A stretch of DNA of 64,000 nt, from positions 439,659 to 503,658 of the forward strand of contig JBFWNU010000002.1 in assembly GCA_050250895.1 (NCBI GenBank). Direction: 5' to 3'. A model generated the notes under the pieces. It was not told the DNA's origin, did not search any database, and saw nothing but the letters and a program-made list of their open reading frames with translations. Position 1 is the first letter of the stretch; each line of letters opens with the position of its first letter. This document shows, piece after piece, positions 37,169 through 45,949 of this stretch. Source of the DNA: Vulcanimicrobiota bacterium. Lineage in GTDB: Bacteria > Vulcanimicrobiota > Xenobia > Xenobiales > JADMJV01. Both the position numbers and the translations under genes were made by a program.

Positions 37169-38131
37169 TCAGAATGCAGCGTTCTCTTTTTCAGAACGCC
37201 AGGGAGGGGGAAGCTCCTGCTCCCAAGGAGGATCTCGTTTCAGAGACTCCTCGACATGCTCAGCCAATAGACGTACACGAAGCAAGCGCGAGCGACGAGG
37301 AGCACAACCCAGGACGATTCGGTCCGGCCTGGGCTCATCGTTGGGAAGGACACGAACGAGGCGTCCCGCTCGCAAATCATCAGCCACAATAAACAGCGGC
37401 AGAACGGTGATCCCAAAGCCCGACACCGCCGCGTCCCTCATCATTTCCCCGTTGTTTGTAGTCAGCCGACTGCCGGCGGGCAGCAGTTGTTCGGCCCCGG
37501 ATTTCTCCACAAAACTCCAAAGGCGTTCTCCCTCCAGGTTGGCATAACCGATACCCAGATGAGCGATCAACTCCCTTCGATCTCGAGGGACCCCAAACTT
37601 CTTTACATAGGCGGGGCTGCAACATACTGCTCTGCGGCTAAACCCGATCTCGGTCCAGTTTTCCGTTTTTTGAGGCGGCTCGCTGGTGATACGCACTCCC
37701 AGGTCGTAGCCCTCGGCAGCCAGGTCCACTCTATGATCGTGAAGTTCAATCTGCATTTCGATCCTAGAGTATTTCTTCAAGAAGTCCAGCAAGACGGGAC
37801 TCAAGAAGGCGTTCGTGAAAGAGGTTGGAACGCTCACCTTAAGCGTTCCGCTGACTTTCGTGAAGTCAGCCGCCAGCGAATCCGCGGCGGCATCGAGCGC
37901 CAGCAAAGCATCAGAGATCTGAGCGTAATACTGAGCTCCACGTTCGGTCAACTCCACCCCTTTGTTGGAGCGACGCAACAGCTCCGCTCCGAGAGCGGTT
38001 TCTAGACGGACCATCCTCTGGCTCACCATAGATTTGGCGATGTCCAACTGCCTCGCCGCTTTGCTGATGCTTCCCGACTCCACGACAGTAAGAAAGGTGC
38101 GAATATCTATCAGCTCATAGTGTCCGATCAA
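37169..38131 (-). CDS. LysR (CrgA-like) regulator
   Basis: GSISKAA..L...KS.VS...LE..LG..LL.RS; VDL..EGYDL..R. Confidence 0.9.
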   Translation of the reverse strand: MIGHYELIDIRTFLTVVESGSISKAARQLDIAKSMVSQRMVRLETALGAELLRRSNKGVELTERGAQYYAQISDALLALDAAADSLAADFTKVSGTLKVSVPTSFTNAFLSPVLLDFLKKYSRIEMQIELHDHRVDLAAEGYDLGVRITSEPPQKTENWTEIGFSRRAVCCSPAYVKKFGVPRDRRELIAHLGIGYANLEGERLWSFVEKSGAEQLLPAGSRLTTNNGEMMRDAAVSGFGITVLPLFIVADDLRAGRLVRVLPNDEPRPDRIVLGCAPRRSRLLRVRLLAEHVEESLKRDPPWEQELPPPWRSEKENAAF

Positions 38132-38314
38132 AGCTTCCCTCTCCCTTGCGTGGAGTTTCGGTTCTTGCCAGGGCCGTCAATACCCTCAAGTTCGGATGCT
38201 TACCTGTGGATTGGGTCCGCCGTCGAGGATTCAGTCGCGACTCGGAAAGGACCCCGGGTGCCTACCCTCTTCACCGTCACTCGTCCTTGCTCACGTCCCA
38301 GAGCGTGTTTCAGT

Positions 38315-38713
38315 CTAGTCAGCGCACTGCGAAGTGGGCGGCGCAAGCCAACCTTTCCCATGACACCGGAAACAGACGACATTCTTGTTACGAGGCGACC
38401 AGCGTGTTCCTTGGCAGATGTCGCAGTCATCTGCGGCGGGCGGGGCAGGTTCAACTAGCTGAAGCAGCTCTGGGAGTTCGAGAAAACGGGCCGCATGAAC
38501 AAGAAAAGTGCTGGCTTCGTCGGGTTCGGCATCCTCCAACGGAGAAGAATCGACAATGCCGTCCCCCTCGACGAGAACTCTTCCGTCCCGGGTCAGGTAA
38601 CTGACCAAACCAATGCCTGAGGTCAAAACGATGGCATCGCCTGCATTTTCGGCTAAAATATTCTTCTCTAGCTGCCAGAGTTTGATCTTGTCGAATAGCT
38701 CGGCCGAGATCAT
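38315..38713 (-). CDS. Putative immunity protein with CxxCxG zinc motifs
   Basis: CDICQG...CFRCHGKG; ATGA overlap with the upstream remnant. Confidence 0.6.
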   Translation of the reverse strand: MISAELFDKIKLWQLEKNILAENAGDAIVLTSGIGLVSYLTRDGRVLVEGDGIVDSSPLEDAEPDEASTFLVHAARFLELPELLQLVEPAPPAADDCDICQGTRWSPRNKNVVCFRCHGKGWLAPPTSQCAD

Positions 38714-39175
38714 GGCTTCTTGGGAATGGCCCGACGACTCTTTAACCAGTTTACAATCACATCGTTCGCGTGTTCGAAAGCTTCGTTGATCCTTCCTACA
38801 AAGACCTTCCCCTCTCTATCAACCAGCAGGCCCCACCTGCTTCTGTCGGGTCGCCCCGTCTGAAATCCGTGCTGTGCTCGGTAATATACGCCCATTAATC
38901 TGGCGGCTAGCTGTTGCCGAGATGCTGCAGCTGTTTCTTCGAGCAGGCACGGGGCTGAGCCCCGTCGCGGATGACACACGAATGACAGCACCAGCCCCCG
39001 TAGCTAGTTCTCGACCACCGTCCTGGTGGGGAGCGAGAGTGTCTTCCTTGTCCGGTTGCCGACCTCGTCGAACTGATAGCTGGCGCTCATCACGGGAGTT
39101 AGCCCGTTTGCGCAATCGATCTGGCTCAACCGGCCACGGTCGTCGTAGGTCGCGCCATAGTCGGTGGTGGCTGGC
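38710..39175 (-). pseudogene. Rhs YD-repeat fragment plus toxin-tip remnant
   Basis: TYDDRGRLSQI...YQFDEVGNRT at ~39010-39170; short lower-GC tail ending at 38710. Confidence 0.6.
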
Positions 39176-39220
39176 CTACCGCTCGGATGAGAACCCGGAC
39201 GCCAGCCCCTCCGCGCACAC

Positions 39221-40264
39221 GTGGGTCGCGAATTCTGGACCCTCGAAAACTTGAGCAAGCTCCCTCACGAGCGGCTGGAAAGGGTGATCCGTCGCCTGGC
39301 CAACACCCTGGCCCTGACTCGCATCCTGCTGGGGCGATGTTTATTGGCTATCGAGCGCACCGATTTTTGCGCCGAGACCGGCTGCCATTCGGCTCTCCAC
39401 TTCGCCCGGCTGATCAAAGTCGAGAAACGCGAGGCGCTAGATTCGATGCGGATCGCCGGCCATCTCGAAGAGCTGCCGCTGTTTTCCAAAGCCTACGAAG
39501 AGAACCGAATTTGCTGGTCCAATCTGCGCGTGGTCACCCGCATCGTGACGCCCGAGACCGAAGAGGCCTGGCTTGACCTGGCGGTGCGCCTCAAGCCTCA
39601 TCGGCTGGCTCGCCTGGTGGCCGGGGCCAATCGCGGCGACACTCCGGCCGAGGCGGCCCTGAATATGGTAGAGGAGGTTGAGCTTCGTTTTCGGGTCGCT
39701 CCTGAAGTGTCCGAGCTGTGGTCGCGAGCCGTGACCGTGATCTCGAGAGACCATGGGGGCACGGTCAAACCGGCCGAGGCGTTCGAATGGATCCTGGCCG
39801 ACTTTCTGGGTGGCCAGGTAGAGCAGCTCAAGGTTGAGGCCGCCCAGGACCTGGTCGCTCCGGTCGAGGCGCTGGCGATGCAGACACACGTGTGTCCGGG
39901 CGAGTCGAAACTGCAGTTGGCCGGACGGCTGCGGTTCAGTCCGAGCAAGCGTCAGGCGACTGCCGCCCAGCGCCGGGCAGTGCTGCGGCGGGATGGCTAT
40001 CGCTGCTCTTGCCCGGGCTGCCCCAACAGACTCTGGCTCGATGTGCATCACGTAGTGTTCTACTGTCGCGGCGGACCGACCGTGCCTGAGAATCTGGTGG
40101 TGGTGTCCTCGCGCTGCCACAAGAACATCCATCGGGGCATCCTGCGCGTTAGCGGGGTGGCTCCCCAGGGGCTGGTCTGGCGTGATCGCCGGGGGCGCGA
40201 GCTGGAACGCGAGCCCGAGAGCGGGCTATTGGAATGGCTGCTGGAGTGGGCTCACGCTGGCTAG
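39221..40264 (+). CDS. HNH endonuclease with long N-terminal region, copy 2 (divergent paralog)
   Basis: RILLGRCLLA, TPETE..W shared with copy 1; RDGYRCSCPGC...DVHH...GGPT..ENL...SSRCHKNIH. Confidence 0.85.
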   Translation: MGREFWTLENLSKLPHERLERVIRRLANTLALTRILLGRCLLAIERTDFCAETGCHSALHFARLIKVEKREALDSMRIAGHLEELPLFSKAYEENRICWSNLRVVTRIVTPETEEAWLDLAVRLKPHRLARLVAGANRGDTPAEAALNMVEEVELRFRVAPEVSELWSRAVTVISRDHGGTVKPAEAFEWILADFLGGQVEQLKVEAAQDLVAPVEALAMQTHVCPGESKLQLAGRLRFSPSKRQATAAQRRAVLRRDGYRCSCPGCPNRLWLDVHHVVFYCRGGPTVPENLVVVSSRCHKNIHRGILRVSGVAPQGLVWRDRRGRELEREPESGLLEWLLEWAHAG

Positions 40265-40341
40265 GTTGCGGCGACGGAGAAGTGACCCCCGCTACTAGAC
40301 CTTTTTCTCGCGGAGGGGGTCGCTGAGCGGTCGCCCCCCGG

Positions 40342-40515
40342 GGCGCTACCGTTCCGCGCGCAGTTCCATCAGGTTCGACGTGGTCTGAGAGCTGGGCCCG
40401 AGCGCCTTTCAGTCACGGTCACGCCCTTCTCCGTTGCAGTCCTTGCTCACGTCCTGCGGCGCTGGCGAGCGCCCATCTTTGGCCAAAGGGCGCGCCAGCA
40501 CCCCGGTGACGTTTC
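40342..40515. repeat. Structured ~172-bp repeat R, copy 3
   Basis: Close match to 30418-30588; starts 78 bp after the HNH copy 2 stop. Confidence 0.9.
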
Positions 40516-40921
40516 TCTCTACGATCCTTCGCCTGAAATTGTCTGCCAACCGAGTCAAGAAGGGCGAATCGTCTCCTGGCGGAGGTCCGAACTCATAAAC
40601 GTATGGATACTCAGAGTCCAACTCGGACTTTGGCCTGATAAACATTCCTGGCCTCATAAAGGGCCTAGTTGCCTCGTTGACTTCGACCCGGAAAAGCCAT
40701 CGACGCGGACGTCTCGCAAACGGCGGCGTCGATGGCCGCAGCCTAATCGGTCCCAAGACGGTATTCTCTGTGCCTATCTCGCAATGAATGAATGAAGGAT
40801 ATCGCTCTTCGGCCCGTTTGGGAATCAACTCGTAGAGATCTAATCCCAGTCCACTCTCCAAACCGCGAGAATCCACGGGCTCCCGTATTGCTACGACTTT
40901 CCATCTCCAAGTCTCGCTCAT
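40409..40921 (-). CDS. Putative immunity protein whose last ~35 codons read into repeat R
   Basis: Lower GC; ATGA overlap with the upstream toxin remnant. Confidence 0.55.
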   Translation of the reverse strand: MSETWRWKVVAIREPVDSRGLESGLGLDLYELIPKRAEERYPSFIHCEIGTENTVLGPIRLRPSTPPFARRPRRWLFRVEVNEATRPFMRPGMFIRPKSELDSEYPYVYEFGPPPGDDSPFLTRLADNFRRRIVERNVTGVLARPLAKDGRSPAPQDVSKDCNGEGRDRD

Positions 40922-41380
40922 GACTTCTTGTACGCTCTTAGGGCCCAGTCATTCAACCACTGCTCGTGGGAGTTCAGTGGCTCACCGAACCCTGGCCGGT
41001 TGTGGGCTTCGTTTACTACCTTCGAGTGGATGAGCGTTTCCACCTGGAGTCCTGTCTTATTCGCATCCAATCCAGACTTATGAAGCTCACCGTGAAAGTC
41101 TCGTGGGCAGCCGTGATTCTCAGCGCGTTTTTCTTCCAAGTTCGATGCATCTCAAGGAACGACCGGAATCCGAGGGATAGCCGGGAGGACATCTTCGCGT
41201 GGACCCGTCGTGGTCGCTCCGCTCTGGTCCAACATCACGGCCGCCGCTCTAAGGGCAGTTGCCTCCAACCAACCCCGACTCCACCTCGATCAATCGCCAG
41301 GTCCGCTTGCTGGTTCAGGTACTGTTGATTGGCCACCGGACATCAAATTGGCCCAAGCGTAGCCCGGTGGGGTCAACACA
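40918..41380 (-). pseudogene. Degraded Rhs toxin tip beginning at the DPxG motif
   Basis: Minus strand 41380-41360 reads CVDPTGL, then frameshifts; His-rich tail FHGELH...EAH at 40918-41139. Confidence 0.55.
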
Positions 41381-41505
41381 TCGGTAGGAAAGATCCTCCG
41401 AAGGGACAGGACTCGCCGATTCCGCTCCAACGTTTGTTACAAATTGGCAAAGCTACGCGACCCGATTCAAAGCAGAACGCCAAACCCGACCACTAGGCTC
41501 ATGGC

Positions 41506-42153
41506 ATGCGTCCCGTCTCATCGAACCCCAAAGCATGTCAGACTACCGTTCCATCCGGAGCCCGACCAGAACTGATGACAGAGACCACCTGCAATGAGTC
41601 CACCACCACCAACTTCGGCGACCGGGTGACCCTCTCCGAAGACGCCCAAAGCACCGTTGGGGGCGGGGCCAGCCCGATCAACGGCCCGGATGGCACTTTC
41701 GGGTATCGGGGGGGATATTGGGCCGAATATGCGGAGTCTCAGACGGTTAGTTTGGATGGATTGACCTACGAGCAACGCCAGACCCTGGGTGGTAGCGTCG
41801 GAGGCGCGGTCACCTATGGCCCCGACGGTAGCGAAGTCTCCCTGCCGGGATTCGCCGCCAGCATCGGCCAGGGCGCCTCGCTCCACTATCCTGACGGCAG
41901 CGGCCTCAGTTTCGACGGACGGCTGAACTTTAGCTACGGGCTGCCCAGCGCGCATTTTAGCACCAACAGCAGCTATGACGCCGAGCGCGATCTGGTGACC
42001 TTAGGTGTGGATGCCGGCGCAACCGGTGCGATCGGCGCCGACGGTCGCCTCGAGTTTACGGTTCCAGGCGATGATATGCGCGAATTCGGGCAACGGCTAA
42101 ACGAGAATCCCTACGACCCGATCGGGGCGCTAGGCGCCTTCGTCGGCTGGTGA
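41506..42153 (+). CDS. Hypothetical Gly/Ser/Thr-rich protein with DRVTLS motif
   Basis: ORF 215 aa; TAGGCT-N6-ATG promoter. Confidence 0.65.
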   Translation: MRPVSSNPKACQTTVPSGARPELMTETTCNESTTTNFGDRVTLSEDAQSTVGGGASPINGPDGTFGYRGGYWAEYAESQTVSLDGLTYEQRQTLGGSVGGAVTYGPDGSEVSLPGFAASIGQGASLHYPDGSGLSFDGRLNFSYGLPSAHFSTNSSYDAERDLVTLGVDAGATGAIGADGRLEFTVPGDDMREFGQRLNENPYDPIGALGAFVGW

Positions 42154-42543
42154 GGGAGTGGGCGTGGGCGTCTCCTCGGGCTCGTAGCCCGGAAAGGCGC
42201 CGGTGGGTGCTTCCGAGGGAAGGCGCAGGCGGTCGCGCCAGATCCAGTTGTCGCCGTCGACCGAGTATTGCGCCAGCTCGCCGTCTTGATCGCGATAGAT
42301 GATGGTGAAATCGGCCGGCCGCTGGTATTGCTTGAGTAGCTCACGGTTGATGGCCTCGAGGTCCTCGCGCCGGGCTCGGCTCTGGGCGATGGGGTGCACC
42401 TCGACCTCGATGCCGAGTTCCCAGGTTCGCTTGACTTCATAGTCGAGATAGTTGACCGTGCGGGGCGAGGGAGAGAGGCGGGCCGAGGGCGTGGTGGTGG
42501 CGCAACCGGCCAGCAAGGCCAGCAGGATAAGCCAAAAGCGCAT
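42130..42543 (-). CDS. Putative lipoprotein
   Basis: MRFWLILLALLAGC lipobox; TACCCT-N6-ATG. Confidence 0.75.
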   Translation of the reverse strand: MRFWLILLALLAGCATTTPSARLSPSPRTVNYLDYEVKRTWELGIEVEVHPIAQSRARREDLEAINRELLKQYQRPADFTIIYRDQDGELAQYSVDGDNWIWRDRLRLPSEAPTGAFPGYEPEETPTPTPSPADEGA

Positions 42544-42607
42544 GATACCAGGGTATTGGCGATCGAACACAGAATCCCTAGGTAAAGCTCTTGCCCGGAG
42601 GTTCCTC

Positions 42608-43267
42608 ATGTCTACAAGTAAGCAGCTTGACGAGATCGCACAACGCATCAGCGCTCGCTTCGAGCGCATCGACCAGGCCCGCGACCAGGGGATTCACCTG
42701 CATCGCAAAGTCATCAAGGCCTCGAGCCTTGCTATCCGTGCCATCCACCGCCGCGAGTTCGACGAGGCCGAGAAGAACTTGACCCAGGCTCAAGAATTGC
42801 TTCAACAAGCCTGCAAAGCCCTCGAAGACTATCCCAGCATCTTTCACGCCGGCTTTCTGCAAGACGCTCAGAAAGAGTATGCCGAGGCGCGCATTACCCA
42901 GGCCGTCATCTGCGGCCGACCGCTGCCCGAGCCCGAACAGCTCGAGGTCGACTTTCCGCCTTTCCTCAACGGCCTGGCCGAGGCCGTCGGCGAGTTGCGC
43001 CGGCACATTCTCGACCGCATCCGCCTGGGGCAGCTCGAAGAGGCCGAGCGCGTGCTGGCCGTGATGGACGACATCTACTACACCCTGATCACGATGGACT
43101 TCCCCGATGCCATCACCAAAGGCCTGCGTCGGTCGACCGATGTGGCTCGCGGTTGCCTTGAGCGCACCCGCGGCGATCTGACCAACCACTTCGGGCGGCG
43201 CAAGATCGACGCCGGTATCGAGTTCATCAAGGCTCGTCTCGACGAGCGGGAGATTTCCAAGGTCTGA
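42608..43267 (+). CDS. Translin/TRAX-family protein
   Basis: AIRAIHR, AQKEYAEA, GLAEAVGELRR, LRRSTD; SD GGAGG before ATG 42608. Confidence 0.8.
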   Translation: MSTSKQLDEIAQRISARFERIDQARDQGIHLHRKVIKASSLAIRAIHRREFDEAEKNLTQAQELLQQACKALEDYPSIFHAGFLQDAQKEYAEARITQAVICGRPLPEPEQLEVDFPPFLNGLAEAVGELRRHILDRIRLGQLEEAERVLAVMDDIYYTLITMDFPDAITKGLRRSTDVARGCLERTRGDLTNHFGRRKIDAGIEFIKARLDEREISKV

Positions 43268-43323
43268 TCAACCCGGGTCGGATGGTCAGGGGAAAAGCCT
43301 GACCGGCCTGCGAATGGCCGGGC

Positions 43324-44679
43324 ATGCCCGACCAAGAAAGCTTGAGCCAACGCATGCAAGAGCGCGGGCAGCGCATTCGCGCCCGTGCTCTTGATGAAAG
43401 TCGTCATCCCTACTCCGAAAAGACTCACCTGATCCACGGGCGCTTCGATAGCGCCCGCTGGGACTACCAACATCACGTGGTGCCGCCGATGTCGTCGTCG
43501 GTGACCTATCGCCTCGACACCAGTGTGCGCGGGGCGGAGGGCTTCACCATGTTCGGTCAGGGCCACGTCGAAGACCAGGCCCCGATCTACATCTACGATC
43601 GCCTCGACGAACCCACCAGAGGCATGCTCGAGCAGAATCTGGCCTATGCCGAGAGGGGCGATATGGCGGTCTGCTTCGCTTCTGGCATGGCCGCTATCAC
43701 GGCCGCCCTGGGGGTTTCGGCCAAAGCCGGGGAGCGAGTGCTGGCCCATCATGTGCTCTACGGCTGCACCTTTAGCTTGCTCAAGAACTGGCTGCCGCGC
43801 TTCGGCATCGCGGCCAACGGCATCAATCTCAACGACCTCGAGCTGCTCGAGCGCGAGCTGACAGCCGAGACGCGGGTCGTCTATTTCGAGACTCCGGTCA
43901 ATCCCGACCTGGAATTGATCGACATCGAAGCGGTGGTCAAGGTGGTCGACGGGGTCAATCAGAAGCGGCCTCCGGAAGAGCGTATCCGGGTGGTGGTCGA
44001 CAACACTTTTGCCACCCCCTATTGCCAACGCCCCCTCGAACTGGGAGTCGATCTGGTGGTGGCCAGCCTGACCAAGAACATCGGGGGCTTTGGCACCGAC
44101 CTGGGTGGAGTGGTGGTTGGCAAACGAGAGTTCGAGCCATCGCTGCTGGGTTTTCGCAAGGATTTCGGGGCCGTGCTCAGCCCCAAGAGTGCCTGGCCGG
44201 TGCTGGTCTACGGTCTACCCACCTTGCCGGTGCGGGTGCGTCAACAGCAGCAGACAGCCGAGAGGGTGGCTCGCTTTCTCGAAGAGCACTCTTGCGTCAA
44301 GGCCGTCCGCTATCCGGGGCTCGAGAGCTTTCCGCAGTATGACCTGGCCCGGCGCCAGATGGTCGACTACGAGGGCTTGTTTGCCCCCGGAACGTTGGTC
44401 TACTTTGCCCTCGACGACCCCGACGGCAGCCGGGCTGGTCGTTTCATCGACTATGTGGCCGAGAACGCCTACTCTATCACCATGGCCGTCAGCCTGGGGC
44501 AGATCAAGACCCTCATCGAGCATCCCTTCTCGATGACTCACGCCGCCATGACCTGTCAAGAGCAGGCTTCGCACCTGGTCGATCCCGGCGGCATTCGCCT
44601 GTCGATGGGGCTCGAGAAAGGCGAAGACCTGATCTTCGATCTGGAGGAGGCCTTTCGAGCGACTGGCCTCAGTGGATAG
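43324..44679 (+). CDS. Cys/Met metabolism PLP enzyme (methionine gamma-lyase / cystathionine lyase family)
   Basis: YDRL.EPT, FASGMAA, ETPVNP, VDNTFATP, SLTK, AVSLG. Confidence 0.9.
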   Translation: MPDQESLSQRMQERGQRIRARALDESRHPYSEKTHLIHGRFDSARWDYQHHVVPPMSSSVTYRLDTSVRGAEGFTMFGQGHVEDQAPIYIYDRLDEPTRGMLEQNLAYAERGDMAVCFASGMAAITAALGVSAKAGERVLAHHVLYGCTFSLLKNWLPRFGIAANGINLNDLELLERELTAETRVVYFETPVNPDLELIDIEAVVKVVDGVNQKRPPEERIRVVVDNTFATPYCQRPLELGVDLVVASLTKNIGGFGTDLGGVVVGKREFEPSLLGFRKDFGAVLSPKSAWPVLVYGLPTLPVRVRQQQQTAERVARFLEEHSCVKAVRYPGLESFPQYDLARRQMVDYEGLFAPGTLVYFALDDPDGSRAGRFIDYVAENAYSITMAVSLGQIKTLIEHPFSMTHAAMTCQEQASHLVDPGGIRLSMGLEKGEDLIFDLEEAFRATGLSG

Positions 44680-45949
44680 CCTGCTGGTTGCCCTTCGAGA
44701 CGAGGGCGTGCTGGACTCTAGCGGGAGCTTCCGCCTCGATCCTCAGCGGGCTCGCGAGAAGCTCAGGGTTTTTCAAGAAGCTCTGCCGGCCTATGCGGCC
44801 CTTCGCATCATCCAGGGCTTGCATCAGTTGCAGGCCCGGGCCGTCGCGGTCGAGGTTCACTCGAAGCGCCTGGTCATCGAGGCCAGTTTCGACCAGGCAC
44901 CCTTTGACCTCGAGCTCCTCCGTGGGGCCTTTCTGGGTCAGGCGGGACTGGGTGAGGCGGCCCTGGCCAGTCTGGCAGCCGGGCTCAACGCCAGCCTGCT
45001 GGACCAACCGATCGAGCTGACCTGCAGCCTGTCTGGTCCCAGGGGCGAGTTGGCCTGGAATCTGCTAGAAGATTCGATCGAGGTTCGCCCTCGCTCGCAG
45101 GGCGGTTGGCTTTTGCGCGTGGTGCACGCCTTTCCTTCGAGTTTTCTGGGCTTTTCTCGGCGCCGCGTTCTGCTCCATCGAGAGCTTCAGACCCGCTGTC
45201 GTTTCGCTCCGTGTGATTTCAAGCTCGACGGGCGTGAGCTCGACCACGATTGGGAGCAATTCCTCGGCTCAGAAGACGAGGCTACCACCATCGGCGCCAT
45301 GCTCGAGTATCTTGTGCCTGGCCAGGGCTTCTGGTTCACCGTCGGCGATCTCTCACCCTATCGCCTCGAAGGCGAGGCCCTGATCTGGAGCCGCACCGAG
45401 CCGATCCCCCTCGCCCAATATCGGGGCAGGTTTTTCCCGGCCCAACTCTACCTGGGCGTGGACCCCGAGCGTTCGGGCCGGCCGATGGGCTGCCGAACCG
45501 TGTTGTCTTGTTTCGAGCTTCACCGCGAGACACGGGCCAGGCCGTGCAAGGTCCACTTGATGCGCCACGGCGTCTTGGGCGAGACCTATGCGGATAGACA
45601 GGGCCTGCCCGAGAGTTATCTATTGCTCGATGTGAGTGACCTCGCGGCCGACCTTTCGGGTTTGCAGACTGTCCGGGACGAGGCCTTCGAGACCCGCTGG
45701 AACGAGGCTCGCCAGGATATGCGACGGGCCGTCGAGACGATGCTGGTCCACCTGCGGGGCACGACCCCGCTCTATCTGAGTTCGGCCGTGGCGGCCTATC
45801 TGGCCCGAAGTCCGGGGTTCACTTCTCGGCTCACACGCCAACTGGCGGCCCGTGCTCTGGGCTGGGCGGCCAACTCGAACCTGGCCCAGAAGAACCTGGC
45901 TCTGGTCGAGCAGCAGCTCGAGGCCTGGTTGACTAAGGAATCGGAGTAG
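44672..45949 (+). CDS. Hypothetical protein homologous to the N-terminal module of 54898..59277
   Basis: GSFRLDPQRAREKL, LAAGLNA, CRFAP, DLAADLSG...DEAF shared. Confidence 0.7.
   Translation: MDSLLVALRDEGVLDSSGSFRLDPQRAREKLRVFQEALPAYAALRIIQGLHQLQARAVAVEVHSKRLVIEASFDQAPFDLELLRGAFLGQAGLGEAALASLAAGLNASLLDQPIELTCSLSGPRGELAWNLLEDSIEVRPRSQGGWLLRVVHAFPSSFLGFSRRRVLLHRELQTRCRFAPCDFKLDGRELDHDWEQFLGSEDEATTIGAMLEYLVPGQGFWFTVGDLSPYRLEGEALIWSRTEPIPLAQYRGRFFPAQLYLGVDPERSGRPMGCRTVLSCFELHRETRARPCKVHLMRHGVLGETYADRQGLPESYLLLDVSDLAADLSGLQTVRDEAFETRWNEARQDMRRAVETMLVHLRGTTPLYLSSAVAAYLARSPGFTSRLTRQLAARALGWAANSNLAQKNLALVEQQLEAWLTKESE

Noticed and set aside
32783-40264. HNH genes as IscB/Cas9-like
   Set aside because: No PLMP or RuvC motifs seen; only a C-terminal HNH (copy 2 also has Ser in place of one Zn-ligand Cys)
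30418-40515. Repeat R as a CRISPR repeat, canonical integron attC or hammerhead ribozyme
   Set aside because: No regular repeat-spacer period or cas genes; lacks a GTTRRRY box and there is no integrase in the window; no CTGANGA core positioned with the GAAAC
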